64,000 nucleotides of DNA from Alistipes senegalensis (GTDB taxonomy: Bacteria > Bacteroidota > Bacteroidia > Bacteroidales > Rikenellaceae), in contig JAMPDE010000002.1 in NCBI GenBank assembly GCA_023665825.1, positions 87,524-151,523 on the forward strand. Direction: 5' to 3'. Shown in pieces: positions 49,063-59,703 of this stretch. The first letter of the stretch is position 1. Every line of letters starts with the position of its first letter. A model generated the notes under the pieces. It was not told the origin of the DNA. It searched no databases and worked only from the letters and a program-made list of their open reading frames with translations. The translations under genes were made by a program, and so were the position numbers.

Positions 49063-50598
49063 TTATTCTGCCGGTTTCAAAGAGTTCAACAGATGGTCGA
49101 TGCGCCGCAGGCTCTCCTCCTTGCCGATGAACGACGTGACGTCGTACATGCCCGGCCCTTTGCCCGCACCGACCAGCGCAAGCCGCAGCGTGTTCATCAC
49201 TTGTCCCATGCCGTAACCTTTTTCCTCGATCCACGCGTGGACGATGTGTTCGGTATTTTCCAGCGAAAAGTCGTCGATGGCGGCCAGCACTTCGCGCAGT
49301 TCGCGCAGGATAGCCGGGTTATCTCCTTTCCAGTACTTTTTCGCTTGTTTTTCCTCGTATTCCGTCGGGGCTACGAAGAAGAACGAGGTCAAATCCCACA
49401 AATCGGTGATGAACGTGGCTCGTTCTTTCATGATGCCTGCCACGCGACCGGCCACTTCGTCCGTTACCGTGATGCCGTGTTCGCGCAGAATGGGTTGATA
49501 CAATGCGGCCAGTTCCGCATCGGTTTTGTGGTGCATGTATTGCGCATTGAACCACTTCGCCTTGTCGGGCTGGAAGCGAGCACCCGATTTCGAGACGCGC
49601 TCCAACGAAAAGAGGTCGATGAGTTCCTGCATCGAGAAAAGTTCCTGCTCCGTACCCGGATTCCAGCCCAGCAACGCTAGCATGTTGATGAACGCTTCGG
49701 GAAAATAACCGTCCTCGCGGTAGCCGTGCGCTGTTTCGCCGGTCGTCGGCGACTTCCAGAAAAGCGGGAAAACGGGAAATCCCATTTTGTCGCCGTCGCG
49801 TTTGGAGAGTTTGCCGCCGCCCGTCGGTTTCAGCAGTAGCGGCAGGTGGGCGAACTCCGGCCGGGTATCCTGCCAGCCGAATGCCTCGTACAGCAGGTAG
49901 TGCAGCGGCAGCGACGGCAGCCACTCCTCGCCGCGAATGACGTGCGAAATTTCCATCAGATGGTCGTCGACGATGTTGGCCAAGTGGTAGGTCGGCAGTG
50001 CGTCGGCCGATTTGTAGAGCACCTTGTCGTCGAGCGTCGAGGTGTTGACCTCGACGTGCCCGCGAATCAGGTCGTCCATCTTCACCGTCCGGTTTTCGGG
50101 CATCTTGAAGCGGATGACCCACTGGTCGCCTCGTTCGATGCGCGTTTTCACTTCTTCTGCCGGAAGCGAGAGCGACGTGGCGAGTCGTTCGCGTACGGTG
50201 AAGTTGTAGGCGAAGGTTTCGCCGCGACTTTCGGACTCCTTGCGTAGCGTGTCGAGCTCTTCGGCCGAATCGAACGCATAGTAGGCCCAGCCGGCATCGA
50301 CTAACTGCAACGCATATTTCAAATAGATGTCGCGGCGTTCGCTCTGTCGGTAGGGAGCGTGCGGGCCGCCGACACCGACGCCCTCGTCGATTTCGATGCC
50401 GCACCAGCGGAGCGATTCGAGGATGTAATCTTCGGCTCCGGGAACGAAGCGCTGCGAATCGGTATCTTCGATGCGCAGAATCATCTTGCCGCCGTGCTGG
50501 CGGGCGAAAAGGTAGTTATAGAGTGCCGTGCGGACGCCGCCGATGTGCAGCGGGCCGGTCGGACTGGGTGCGAAACGCACCCGAACGGTTTTTTCCAT
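49063..50598 (-). CDS. gltX: Glutamate--tRNA ligase
   Basis: [34 protein letters not shown]. Confidence 0.97.
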   Translation of the reverse strand: MEKTVRVRFAPSPTGPLHIGGVRTALYNYLFARQHGGKMILRIEDTDSQRFVPGAEDYILESLRWCGIEIDEGVGVGGPHAPYRQSERRDIYLKYALQLVDAGWAYYAFDSAEELDTLRKESESRGETFAYNFTVRERLATSLSLPAEEVKTRIERGDQWVIRFKMPENRTVKMDDLIRGHVEVNTSTLDDKVLYKSADALPTYHLANIVDDHLMEISHVIRGEEWLPSLPLHYLLYEAFGWQDTRPEFAHLPLLLKPTGGGKLSKRDGDKMGFPVFPLFWKSPTTGETAHGYREDGYFPEAFINMLALLGWNPGTEQELFSMQELIDLFSLERVSKSGARFQPDKAKWFNAQYMHHKTDAELAALYQPILREHGITVTDEVAGRVAGIMKERATFITDLWDLTSFFFVAPTEYEEKQAKKYWKGDNPAILRELREVLAAIDDFSLENTEHIVHAWIEEKGYGMGQVMNTLRLALVGAGKGPGMYDVTSFIGKEESLRRIDHLLNSLKPAE

Positions 50599-50634
50599 AG
50601 TCGGGGATTAGCGGTTGGAAACGGTTCGACGGGA

Positions 50635-51363
50635 TTATTTCACGCGATATTCGATGCGCATGGTGATGCGGGCCTTTTTCGTGCGACTCGACGTGTTGAA
50701 CGAGCCTCCGGCCGAGAATTCCTCGTTGCTGTTGGCTCCCGTAATCTGGAACACGCCCATGCGTGCCGAAGCGACACGGCCGATTTTCGTACCGGCATTG
50801 TCGGCGATTTTCTCGGCGCGCGTGCGGGCATCGGCCGAAGCGGTTTCGATCAGCCCCATTTTCACGTCGTCGAGTTTCGTGTAGTAGTAATCCGGCGCGT
50901 AGGCTTCGATGGAAACGCCTTGTGCGATGAGCGAGGAGATTTCGCGCGAAACGACCTCCACTTTCTCCACGTCGGTCGATTCGACCGTGAAACGCTGGCG
51001 CAGCCGGTATCCCGTGAAACGCTGTCCTGCCCAGTTGCCGTTGGCGTTATAGACCGATTCATACTGCTTGTCGACGTTGACGAACCCGAAAACGATACTT
51101 TCTGCGGAAATACCCTTGCTTGTCAGGTATTTCTGCACCTTCTGCTTGTTGCTTTCCAACTGGCCGTATCCGGATGCCACGCTTTGCGATTCGGTGGTGA
51201 TTTCGCCCGACCAGACGATCAGGTCGGAAACGAATTGCGTTTCGCCCAACCCCGTGACGACGATGGTATCCTGCGAACGGTACTTGTAGGTGTAGGAACG
51301 ACCCAATACGACGGCGCAAACGATGGTCGTGAGCGCTACGACGAAATACTTGATGTTTTTCAT
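50635..51363 (-). CDS. SIMPL (DUF541) domain protein
   Basis: N-terminal anchor, TIVVTGLGE, ARTRAEKIA, ARMGVFQI. Confidence 0.85.
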   Translation of the reverse strand: MKNIKYFVVALTTIVCAVVLGRSYTYKYRSQDTIVVTGLGETQFVSDLIVWSGEITTESQSVASGYGQLESNKQKVQKYLTSKGISAESIVFGFVNVDKQYESVYNANGNWAGQRFTGYRLRQRFTVESTDVEKVEVVSREISSLIAQGVSIEAYAPDYYYTKLDDVKMGLIETASADARTRAEKIADNAGTKIGRVASARMGVFQITGANSNEEFSAGGSFNTSSRTKKARITMRIEYRVK

Positions 51364-51405
51364 GATTTTATTTTCAATACGTTTTTATTTGCAATGCCCC
51401 TTACA

Positions 51406-52506
51406 TTAAACGTTGAACAGGAAGTGCATGATGTCGCCGTCCTGCACGACGTATTCCTTTCCTTCGATGCCGATTTTGCCCGCATCGCGGCAGGCTTTTT
51501 CCGAACCAAGCGTCGTGTAATCGTCGTATTTGATCACTTCGGCACGGATGAACCCTTTCTCGAAATCGGTATGGATGATTCCGGCCGTTTGCGGTGCTTT
51601 CATGCCCCGAACGTAAGTCCATGCGCGGGTTTCGTCGGGTCCTGTCGTGAAGAACGTTTCGAGATTCAGCAATTTGTAGGCCGATTTTATCAGACGGGCG
51701 ACGCCCGATTCCTGCAACCCCAAATCTTCGAGGAACATCTGCCGCTCTTCGTAGCTTTCCAGCTCGGCGATGTCGGCTTCGGTGGCTGCCGCGACGATGA
51801 GCATTTCGGCTTTCTCGTCGGCAATGGCCGCCTTGACCGCTTCGGTGTAGGCATTGCCCGTGACCGCGCTTTTTTCGTCGACATTGCAGACGTAGAGCAC
51901 CGGTTTGGCCGTCAGCAGGTCGAGGTCGGCGACCAGTTTTTTGTCCTCCTTGTCCAGTTCTACCGTGCGGGCGCTCAATCCCTGTTCCAGCACCGACTTG
52001 TATTGCAGCAGCAGTTCCACCGCGCGCTTGGCGTTCTTGTCCCCGCCCGACGTGGCTTGTTTCTGGGTTTTGGACAGCCGGTTTTCGACCGTCTCCAAAT
52101 CTTTGAGTTGCAGTTCGGTGTCGATGATTCCCTTGTCGCGTACGGGGTCGATGGTGCCGTCGACATGGGTGATGTTGCTGTTGTCGAAACAGCGCAACAC
52201 GTGGATGATCGCGTTCGTATTGCGGATATTGCCCAGAAATTTGTTGCCCAGACCCTCGCCTTTGGAGGCACCCTTGACCAAACCGGCGATGTCGACGATT
52301 TCGATGGTCGTCGGAACTACCCGTTTAGGGTTATCTATTTCGGCCAATTTGACTAACCGCTGGTCGGGTACGGTGATGACGCCCACGTTGGGCTCGATGG
52401 TGCAGAACGGAAAGTTGGCCGCCTGCGCCTTCGCATTGGACAGACAGTTGAAAAGCGTCGACTTCCCCACGTTGGGAAGCCCCACGATGCCGCATTGTAA
52501 TGCCAT
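51406..52506 (-). CDS. ychF: Ribosome-binding ATPase YchF
   Basis: GIVGLPNVGKSTLFN, NFPFCTIEPN, DIAGLVKGASKGEGLGNKFL, TGS domain. Confidence 0.97.
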   Translation of the reverse strand: MALQCGIVGLPNVGKSTLFNCLSNAKAQAANFPFCTIEPNVGVITVPDQRLVKLAEIDNPKRVVPTTIEIVDIAGLVKGASKGEGLGNKFLGNIRNTNAIIHVLRCFDNSNITHVDGTIDPVRDKGIIDTELQLKDLETVENRLSKTQKQATSGGDKNAKRAVELLLQYKSVLEQGLSARTVELDKEDKKLVADLDLLTAKPVLYVCNVDEKSAVTGNAYTEAVKAAIADEKAEMLIVAAATEADIAELESYEERQMFLEDLGLQESGVARLIKSAYKLLNLETFFTTGPDETRAWTYVRGMKAPQTAGIIHTDFEKGFIRAEVIKYDDYTTLGSEKACRDAGKIGIEGKEYVVQDGDIMHFLFNV

Positions 52507-52526
52507 GATTTCGAGTTATTGTTGCG

Positions 52527-52558
52527 CAAAGATAGTGCAAGCCGTTCACAAAGGCAAA
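52527..52558 (-). repeat. Third copy of the 32-bp promoter repeat, oriented toward ychF
   Basis: Minus strand TTTGCCTTTGTGAACGGCTTGCACTATCTTTG shares CGGCTTGCnCTATCTTTG with the copies at 25923 and 26008. Confidence 0.65.
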
Positions 52559-52613
52559 TTGCGGCGTGGAAAATAATGCTTATATTTGTGAGGAAATTTT
52601 ATCCTTACGAAAA

Positions 52614-53816
52614 ATGGATCGGGAAAACATAGGGAAAGAGTTGTCTCGGCTTGCGGCTTTGGTAGAGGGCTGGTGCGACGGCAAACCGGTCGATGCCCTC
52701 GAACGCGATTTGGTGCTCGAAAAATTGCGCAATGTTTACGAAGCGATTCGGTTTTCCGAATCGGCGACCGAAGAAGCCGCAGTACGAACAGAACCTGCTG
52801 CGGTGGAATCTTTGACCGAACAGAAGCTGGATGATTCGGTTGCAGAGAGTGCGGATTTGGATTTGAGCGGCATGCTGGCATTGGAACCGGACCTTGCGTC
52901 GACGGCTTCGGAAGAACTTGCCGTGCCGGCCGATACGACGAATCCTGTTGAAGCGGAAGAGCTTGTCCCGCCCGTTCAGCATCGAAAGGAGCCGCAACCG
53001 GCTGCACCGGCAATTGTTTCTTCGCCGGAACCGGATCCGATCTCTGTTTCCGTTGAGACTTTTGTCCCGCAGCCGGAGCCCGAAACGATTTCGGCAGCCC
53101 CGCGTTCCAAACCCGAATCCATCTCCGAACGTTTTACCGCGCCTCATGTCGAGGTGTTGGCGAAGCCGCGTTCCGAAACGGCTCCGGCAGAACAGACGGC
53201 GACGCTGTTCGCTGCGGAGGAGCAGGAACCGATGGAAGAACAAGTGGAAGAGGACGATACGACCCGCCACCGCCGGAAACAACGGGTCATCATGTCGCTT
53301 TACGGCGACGGAAAATCGGCCCGCACGACCGATTCGGGCGAGGAACGCGGAATGTTCGAGGAGGTTACCGTAAAGACGGTAGCGAGCAACGAACCGATAT
53401 GGGATTCCGGTGCTTCGACCGAAAAACCGAAAACGGCTTCTTCGCCGGAACCGGCCCCTGCGGCAACATCGGCATCTGCGTCCGTTTCGACCGGAAGCGT
53501 ATTGGGCGAGGTGATTAACCATGATATACGGACGTTGTCCGATACCATCGAGCCGCCGCGTGACATGGCGTCGTCCTTGCGTCGCAAGACTGCGATTTCC
53601 GATTTGCGGCAGGCGATCGGCATCAATGACAAATTTCTGCTTATCCGCGATTTGTTCGACGGAGACAGCGAGGCTTACGAAGCGGCCATGCAGGCGATGA
53701 ACGATGCTGAAACTCTGGACGACTGCATGATTTACCTCACGGAAAACTACGCATGGAATGCCGATTCCGACGGCGTGCGTCTGCTGATGGATTTGTTGGA
53801 ACGAAAATTCGCCTGA
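52614..53816 (+). CDS. Hypothetical protein with acidic Pro-rich linker
   Basis: N-terminal LERDLVLEKLRNVYE, low-complexity middle, C-terminal AIGINDKFLLIRDLFDGD domain typical of Bacteroidota. Confidence 0.8.
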   Translation: MDRENIGKELSRLAALVEGWCDGKPVDALERDLVLEKLRNVYEAIRFSESATEEAAVRTEPAAVESLTEQKLDDSVAESADLDLSGMLALEPDLASTASEELAVPADTTNPVEAEELVPPVQHRKEPQPAAPAIVSSPEPDPISVSVETFVPQPEPETISAAPRSKPESISERFTAPHVEVLAKPRSETAPAEQTATLFAAEEQEPMEEQVEEDDTTRHRRKQRVIMSLYGDGKSARTTDSGEERGMFEEVTVKTVASNEPIWDSGASTEKPKTASSPEPAPAATSASASVSTGSVLGEVINHDIRTLSDTIEPPRDMASSLRRKTAISDLRQAIGINDKFLLIRDLFDGDSEAYEAAMQAMNDAETLDDCMIYLTENYAWNADSDGVRLLMDLLERKFA

Positions 53817-53819
53817 CCC

Positions 53820-54542
53820 ATGTCCAAACTCTATATCGTACCTACACCGATCGGTAATCTGGACGATATTACCTTGCGCGCACTCAACGTGTTGCGCGAG
53901 GCCGATTTCATCTTGGCCGAAGATACGCGGACGACTTCCGTGCTGTTGAAACACTACGGCATCGAAAAACCGTTGCGGTCGCACCACAAATTCAACGAAC
54001 ATGCGACGGTGCAGGCCGTGTCCGAAGCCATTGCTGCCGGTCGCAGTGCCGCGCTCGTCTCGGATGCAGGTACGCCCGGCATTTCCGATCCCGGTTTCCT
54101 GCTCGTGCGCACGTGCCTTGAAGCGGGCATCGAGGTGGAAACGCTGCCCGGTGCGACGGCTTTCGTTCCGGCATTGCTGCAGAGTGGATTTCCGTGCGAC
54201 CGTTTCTGCTTCGAGGGATTTCTGCCGCAGAAAAAAGGACGCAACAAGCAGTTGCAGGCGCTGGCCGATGAGCCGCGCACGATGATTTTCTACGAATCGC
54301 CGTATCGGGTGGTGCGGTGCCTCGAACAATTCGCGGAAGTTTTCGGTGCGGAGCGGCAGGTGGCGGTTTCGCGCGAGTTGACCAAGAAGTTCGAGGAGAC
54401 CGTGCGCGGTACGATTTCGGAAGTCTTGGCGCATTTCCGCGAGCATCCGCCGAAAGGGGAGTTCGTGGTGGTGGTGGCCGGAAAACCGAAACCCGGACGC
54501 GAAAAGGATGCGCCCGAAATGACGGAAAACGAGGAGGATTGA
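53820..54542 (+). CDS. rsmI: 16S rRNA (cytidine1402-2'-O) methyltransferase
   Basis: LYIVPTPIGNLDDIT, AEDTR, SDAGTPGISDPG, YESPYR, RELTKKFEE. Confidence 0.96.
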   Translation: MSKLYIVPTPIGNLDDITLRALNVLREADFILAEDTRTTSVLLKHYGIEKPLRSHHKFNEHATVQAVSEAIAAGRSAALVSDAGTPGISDPGFLLVRTCLEAGIEVETLPGATAFVPALLQSGFPCDRFCFEGFLPQKKGRNKQLQALADEPRTMIFYESPYRVVRCLEQFAEVFGAERQVAVSRELTKKFEETVRGTISEVLAHFREHPPKGEFVVVVAGKPKPGREKDAPEMTENEED

Positions 54543-54544
54543 AC

Positions 54545-55912
54545 ATGATGAATACGAACAATTCGAGCACGATAAGTTTGCTTTATCGGTTGCGGGATTT
54601 TCTGAAAGGCCGTTTCGATCTCGACGCTGATACGGCTTCGCGCGACGAGGTGGTCGCCGCTATCTCCAAAGGCGTGGAGTTTCGCGGCGTCAATCTGTGG
54701 GTATTGATCTTCGCGACGATGATTGCCTCGTTGGGACTGAATATCAATTCTCCGGCGGTCATTATCGGCGCCATGTTGATTTCGCCGATCATGGGACCGA
54801 TCATGGGGGTGGGGCTCTCTTTGGGCATCAACGATTTCGAGTTGCTGAAAACGTCGCTGCGCAACCTGATGCTGATGTTCATCGTGGCGATCGTTACCTC
54901 GACGATTTATTTCTTCGTGTCGCCGTTGTCGTCGAACAGCAGCGAATTGCTTGCCCGTACCGCTCCCACGACTTACGATGTGTTGATTGCATTGTTCGGC
55001 GGGTTGGCGGGCATCGTCGCCCAAACGCGCACCGACCGTAATTCGACCGTTATTCCGGGTGTGGCTATTGCGACGGCCTTGATTCCGCCCCTTTGTACGG
55101 CCGGTTTCGGCATTGCGACTGGACAACTCCGGTTTATCTTCGGCGCGTTTTATCTGTTTTTCATCAATTCGGTATTCATTGCGCTAGCGACCTACGTGAT
55201 CGTGCGTTTCCTGCGTTACGAGAAAAAGACCTTCATCGACAAAGTGCGCGAACGGAATGTCAAGCGGATGATGCTGGCTATCACCTTATTGACCTTTATT
55301 CCGAGTGTTTTCATCGGCTTCCGCATGGTGCGGATCACGGTATTCGAGGCAATGGCGGACAAATATGTCGCACAGGTTTTCGATTTTCCGCACACGCGCG
55401 TCGTCGAGTGTAAAAAGCAGTATGCGGCCCGCAAACATCCTTCGCGAATCGAGTTGCTGCTGCTCGGCGAACCCCTTCAAGAGTCGGTCATCGAAAATGC
55501 GCGGGCGCAGTTGAGCGGGTTCGGGCTGGAATATGCCGAATTGATTGTCCGTCAGGCGAATAAGCCGGACGGACTGGATGTCAACTCCTTGCAGCAGAGT
55601 TATACGGAACTGCTCGCCGAGAAAAACCGTCGTATCGAAGCGATGCGGGCCCGGTTGGAGCGTTATCAGGCGACGGATGTCGAGGTGGACGAGATTTCGC
55701 GCGAAGTGGGGGTGCTCCTGCCCGATATCGCGACCGTTTCGCTCACTAAAGGCGTGACGTTCGATGGGACGGGAACGCCCCGCGACACGACCTTGATATG
55801 TGTCGTATCGCCGCGCGATTCGTTGCATCCGGTCGATCGCGTTACATTGGAACGGTGGTTGCGGGTACGCACGAAAGTGAACGAAGTACAAATTTTTGTT
55901 AAATCGCGATAA
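54545..55912 (+). CDS. DUF389 / TIGR00341-family membrane protein
   Basis: IASLGLNINSPAVIIGAMLISPIMGPI, PGVAIATALIPPL. Confidence 0.88.
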   Translation: MMNTNNSSTISLLYRLRDFLKGRFDLDADTASRDEVVAAISKGVEFRGVNLWVLIFATMIASLGLNINSPAVIIGAMLISPIMGPIMGVGLSLGINDFELLKTSLRNLMLMFIVAIVTSTIYFFVSPLSSNSSELLARTAPTTYDVLIALFGGLAGIVAQTRTDRNSTVIPGVAIATALIPPLCTAGFGIATGQLRFIFGAFYLFFINSVFIALATYVIVRFLRYEKKTFIDKVRERNVKRMMLAITLLTFIPSVFIGFRMVRITVFEAMADKYVAQVFDFPHTRVVECKKQYAARKHPSRIELLLLGEPLQESVIENARAQLSGFGLEYAELIVRQANKPDGLDVNSLQQSYTELLAEKNRRIEAMRARLERYQATDVEVDEISREVGVLLPDIATVSLTKGVTFDGTGTPRDTTLICVVSPRDSLHPVDRVTLERWLRVRTKVNEVQIFVKSR

Positions 55913-55948
55913 CAGCGCGGAGTGTCGGAAAAAAGAGAGCAAGACCGC

Positions 55949-56959
55949 ATGATTGCCAAGATCGTCATTCTGAACTGGAACGGAGCAGTGCATTTGCGCC
56001 GTTTTCTGTCGGGGGTTGTCGCGGCCGCACCGGAAGGGGTGCAGGTCGTCGTCGCCGACAACGGTTCGACGGACGAATCCGTTGCGTTGCTTGAAGCCGA
56101 TTTTCCGTCGGTCGGGCTGATTCGACTGGATCGGAATTACGGTTTTGCCGAAGGCTACAACCGTGCGTTGGCGCAGTTGGAAGCCGATTGCTTCGTGCTG
56201 CTCAATTCCGATGTCGAAACACCGGCAGGGTGGCTCGAACCGTTGATTACTGCAATGGAACAGCATCCCGATGTGGCGGCCGTCGCCCCGAAACTGCGGG
56301 CGTTGATGACGCCCGACCGATTCGAGTATGCTGGTGCTGCGGGCGGGTATATTGACTGGCTGGGGTATCCGTTCTGTCGCGGTCGCATTTTGCAGACGAC
56401 GGAATGTGACTGCGGGCAATACGACGATGCCCGCGATGTCTTTTGGGTGAGCGGGGCGGCTTTTTGTTGCCGGGCGGATGTTTTTCGGTCGTTGGGCGGT
56501 TTCGATGCCCGTTTTTTCGCCCATATGGAAGAAATCGATCTGTGTTGGCGGATGCAGCTGGCCGGTTATCGGGTGCGGATCGTGCCGCAGAGTACGGTAT
56601 ATCATCTTGGCGGGGGGACGTTGACGCCCGATTCGCCGCAGAAAATCTACTACAATCACCGCAACAATCTGGCGATGCTGCTGAAATGCGCGTCGCCTTT
56701 GCAGCGGGCGATGGTCGTCGCTTTGCGGCCGCTGCTCGATTTGTTGGCCGCCTTTACCTATCTGATGCAGGGGAAGTGGGGCGCATTCCGCGCCGTATTC
56801 CGTGCTTATTGCGATTTTCTGCGCTGGCACGGCGAATTGTTGCGGAAACGCCGTGAGATCCGGCACACGAGTCGGCTTGTACCGGTTCGGCATATCTATC
56901 GCGGCTCGATTTTGTTGCGCTATCTGTTCGGTCGTCGGATATTCGGACGGATGATGTAA
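55949..56959 (+). CDS. Glycosyltransferase family 2 (WbbL-like)
   Basis: VILNWNG, DNGSTD, NYGFAEGYN, LLNSDVE, FFAHMEEIDLCWR. Confidence 0.9.
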   Translation: MIAKIVILNWNGAVHLRRFLSGVVAAAPEGVQVVVADNGSTDESVALLEADFPSVGLIRLDRNYGFAEGYNRALAQLEADCFVLLNSDVETPAGWLEPLITAMEQHPDVAAVAPKLRALMTPDRFEYAGAAGGYIDWLGYPFCRGRILQTTECDCGQYDDARDVFWVSGAAFCCRADVFRSLGGFDARFFAHMEEIDLCWRMQLAGYRVRIVPQSTVYHLGGGTLTPDSPQKIYYNHRNNLAMLLKCASPLQRAMVVALRPLLDLLAAFTYLMQGKWGAFRAVFRAYCDFLRWHGELLRKRREIRHTSRLVPVRHIYRGSILLRYLFGRRIFGRMM

Positions 56960-57029
56960 AAAACGGGCCGAAATTTGGGCTGTCTCGAAAATTTGCTTAC
57001 TTTTGTGGGCAACAAAAACCCCGTTCACT

Positions 57030-58508
57030 ATGTCGTTCGTCAACGAAAGGGTACTCCCCGAAGGGCTCACCTTCGACGATGTGTTGCTCGTACCCGCTTA
57101 TTCGGAAGTGTTGCCGCGTGAGGTCGATGTCAAGACCCGTTTTTCGCGTAATATCCAGCTCAATATCCCGATCGTGTCCGCCGCGATGGACACTGTCACC
57201 GAAGCCCCGATGGCTATCGCGCTTGCACGCGAGGGCGGAATCGGCGTTATTCACAAAAACATGTCCATCGAAGCGCAGGCCGCCGAAGTGCGTCGCGTGA
57301 AACGTGCCGAAAACGGCATGATCTACGATCCCGTGACCATTACCGAAGAACACACGGTGGGGGATGCGCTCCGGTTGATGCACGAAAACAAAATCGGCGG
57401 TATTCCCGTCGTGGACGGCGGTTGTCGGTTGGTGGGTATCGTGACGAACCGTGACCTGCGGTTCCAGACCGATATGTCGCGCCGCATCGCCGAAGTAATG
57501 ACGCCCGGCGACCGTTTGGTAACGACCCACAGCACCGAACTGGAACATGCCAAGTCGGTGTTGCTCAACAATAAAATCGAAAAACTGCCGGTCGTCGATG
57601 ACAACGGCCTTTTGGTCGGGCTGGTTACCTATAAGGATATTACGAAGGTACAGGATCATCCGAACGCCTGCAAGGACGAGAAAGGCCGCCTGCGCGTAGC
57701 CGCAGGGGTTGGTATCACGTCCGATATGATGCAGCGGGTCGCTGCGTTGGTCGGAGAGGATGTCGATGCCGTCGTACTCGATTCGGCGCACGGCCACTCC
57801 GCCAATATCGTGCGGGCGTTGCGCGAAATCAAGGCGGCTTATCCGCAGCTCGACGTCGTGGTGGGCAATATCGCGACGGCCGAAGCCGCACGGTTCTTGG
57901 CCGAAAACGGTGCCGACGGCGTGAAAGTCGGCATCGGACCCGGCTCGATTTGTACGACGCGGGTCATCGCCGGTGTCGGCGTGCCGCAACTTTCGGCGGT
58001 CTATGCCGCTTCGATCGAGGCGCGTAAAGCGGGGATTCCGGTGATTGCCGACGGCGGTCTGCGCTATTCGGGCGACGTCGTCAAGGCGTTGGCGGCGGGT
58101 GGCGATTGCGTGATGATCGGTTCGATGTTCGCCGGAACGGAAGAGGCTCCGGGCGAAACGATCATCTACAACGGCCGAAAATTCAAATCCTATCGCGGCA
58201 TGGGCTCCATTGACGCGATGAAAGCCGGTTCGGCCGACCGTTATTTTCAGAAAGGATGCGAGGGGAACATCAACAAATTGGTACCCGAAGGCATCGTAGC
58301 CCGCGTGCCGTTCAAGGGAACGTTGAGCGAATCGGTTTACCAGCTGATCGGCGGTATCCGTTCGGGCATGGGTTATTGCGGTGCTGCGAACATCGCCCAG
58401 TTGCAGCAGGCGAAGTTCATCCGCATTACCTCGAACGGGGTCATCGAAAACCATCCGCACGATGTGACCATTACGAGCGAAGCACCGAATTACAGCAGCG
58501 AACGCTAA
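57030..58508 (+). CDS. guaB: IMP dehydrogenase
   Basis: [22 protein letters not shown] pair, [17 protein letters not shown]. Confidence 0.97.
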   Translation: MSFVNERVLPEGLTFDDVLLVPAYSEVLPREVDVKTRFSRNIQLNIPIVSAAMDTVTEAPMAIALAREGGIGVIHKNMSIEAQAAEVRRVKRAENGMIYDPVTITEEHTVGDALRLMHENKIGGIPVVDGGCRLVGIVTNRDLRFQTDMSRRIAEVMTPGDRLVTTHSTELEHAKSVLLNNKIEKLPVVDDNGLLVGLVTYKDITKVQDHPNACKDEKGRLRVAAGVGITSDMMQRVAALVGEDVDAVVLDSAHGHSANIVRALREIKAAYPQLDVVVGNIATAEAARFLAENGADGVKVGIGPGSICTTRVIAGVGVPQLSAVYAASIEARKAGIPVIADGGLRYSGDVVKALAAGGDCVMIGSMFAGTEEAPGETIIYNGRKFKSYRGMGSIDAMKAGSADRYFQKGCEGNINKLVPEGIVARVPFKGTLSESVYQLIGGIRSGMGYCGAANIAQLQQAKFIRITSNGVIENHPHDVTITSEAPNYSSER

Positions 58509-58522
58509 ATAATACTGAAAAC

Positions 58523-58696
58523 ATGGGCTTTTTCCGTAAACCGACCAGATTCGAGTGGATTTCGCTGATTGTCGTTTCGGCGTTGTTCGTTTGGTTCCTG
58601 ATTGCGAGGACTTCCGCAGCGCGTTATTGTACGTTGGCCGCTATTTCGGCTTTTTTCGTCGGACGTATTTTCGCTAACAACGATAGGGCGAAATGA
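58523..58696 (+). CDS. Small two-TM membrane protein (57 aa)
   Basis: MGFFRKPTRFEWISLIVVSALFVWFLIARTSAARYCTLAAISAFFVGRIFANNDRAK. Fills the gap after guaB; ATGA overlap with the next gene. Confidence 0.6.
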   Translation: MGFFRKPTRFEWISLIVVSALFVWFLIARTSAARYCTLAAISAFFVGRIFANNDRAK

Positions 58697-59343
58697 GCGC
58701 GACGGCAGTAAATCCGAAGGATACCGACCGGGCCGAAGCCTACGAGTTGTGGATGCAGGCTCCGCAACCGATGGTGACGATGTTCGCCACGCTCGACGTC
58801 ACGCGGTTGTGGCGCAAAGCGAAACGCGAGGGGGTGAAATTCAACATGCTGATGTGCTGGTGCATCGGCCGGGCGGCAAGCCGGGTAGAGCAGTTTCGGA
58901 CGCTTCCCGTCGGTAAGGATTTGGTGCGTTACGACCGGCTCGGCATCAACGTCATCGTGGTCAATAAATCGGGTGGCATCAATACGTGCGACGTTCCGTT
59001 CTCGGAAGATTTGCGGCAGTTCAACCACGATTATCTGGCACTGACCCGACAAGTTCGCGACTCCTGCACCCATTATGACATAAGCGCCGATGCGATGATT
59101 ATCGGTACGAGCGCATTGGTGGAAACGCATATCGACGGCGTCGTGGGGATGTATAGCGGCATTTACAACAATCCATTCATCTTTTGGGGCGCAATCGGAA
59201 AGCGATGTTTCAAAAGAGAGCTCAAATTGTCGTTCCAGTTTCACCATACCCAGATGGACGGGCTGCATGCCGGACGGTTTCTGCGGCTCTTGCAGGATGA
59301 GGTTCGGCTTGCGCGCGCGGAAAAATCGCAAAAGAGCGAATAG
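58693..59343 (+). CDS. CatA-like O-acetyltransferase
   Basis: CAT-sized protein with NNPFIFWG and FHHTQMDGLH (compare the CAT active-site HHAVCDGFH). Confidence 0.82.
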   Translation: MSATAVNPKDTDRAEAYELWMQAPQPMVTMFATLDVTRLWRKAKREGVKFNMLMCWCIGRAASRVEQFRTLPVGKDLVRYDRLGINVIVVNKSGGINTCDVPFSEDLRQFNHDYLALTRQVRDSCTHYDISADAMIIGTSALVETHIDGVVGMYSGIYNNPFIFWGAIGKRCFKRELKLSFQFHHTQMDGLHAGRFLRLLQDEVRLARAEKSQKSE

Positions 59344-59346
59344 CCT

Positions 59347-59703
59347 ATGGAGACGAATCGAGCGAAGGTAGCTGCCTGCGGATTGTGTTGTGAAACCTGC
59401 CGGGCTTATGCGAAAGGCAAGTGCGCAGGATGCCGGCAGAATGAAAAGGCGACGTGGTGTACGGTGCGTGCATGCTGTGCCGAACACGGTTGGGTGACTT
59501 GTGCCGAATGTACGTTGATGCCGCTTGCGGAATGCCGCAAATTCAATAGTTTTATCAGCAAATGTTTCAAGCTCATGTTCCGTTCCGATAGGGCGGGGTG
59601 CATCGAACGTATCCGCGAAGTGGGGCTCGAAGACTTCGTTAAAGAAATGAAGGCGGCAGGTAGCTATAACCGTCCTGTGAAAATAAATAAAACATCCGAA
59701 TGA
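59347..59703 (+). CDS. DUF3795 Cys-rich (Fe-S/Zn) protein
   Basis: [10 protein letters not shown]...CAGC...CTVRACC...TCAEC. Confidence 0.82.
   Translation: METNRAKVAACGLCCETCRAYAKGKCAGCRQNEKATWCTVRACCAEHGWVTCAECTLMPLAECRKFNSFISKCFKLMFRSDRAGCIERIREVGLEDFVKEMKAAGSYNRPVKINKTSE

Noticed and set aside
52780-53500. Pro/Glu/Ala-rich stretch with recurring CCGGAACCG-like words
   Set aside because: Low-complexity coding linker with no regular repeat-spacer periodicity; not a CRISPR array or tandem repeat.
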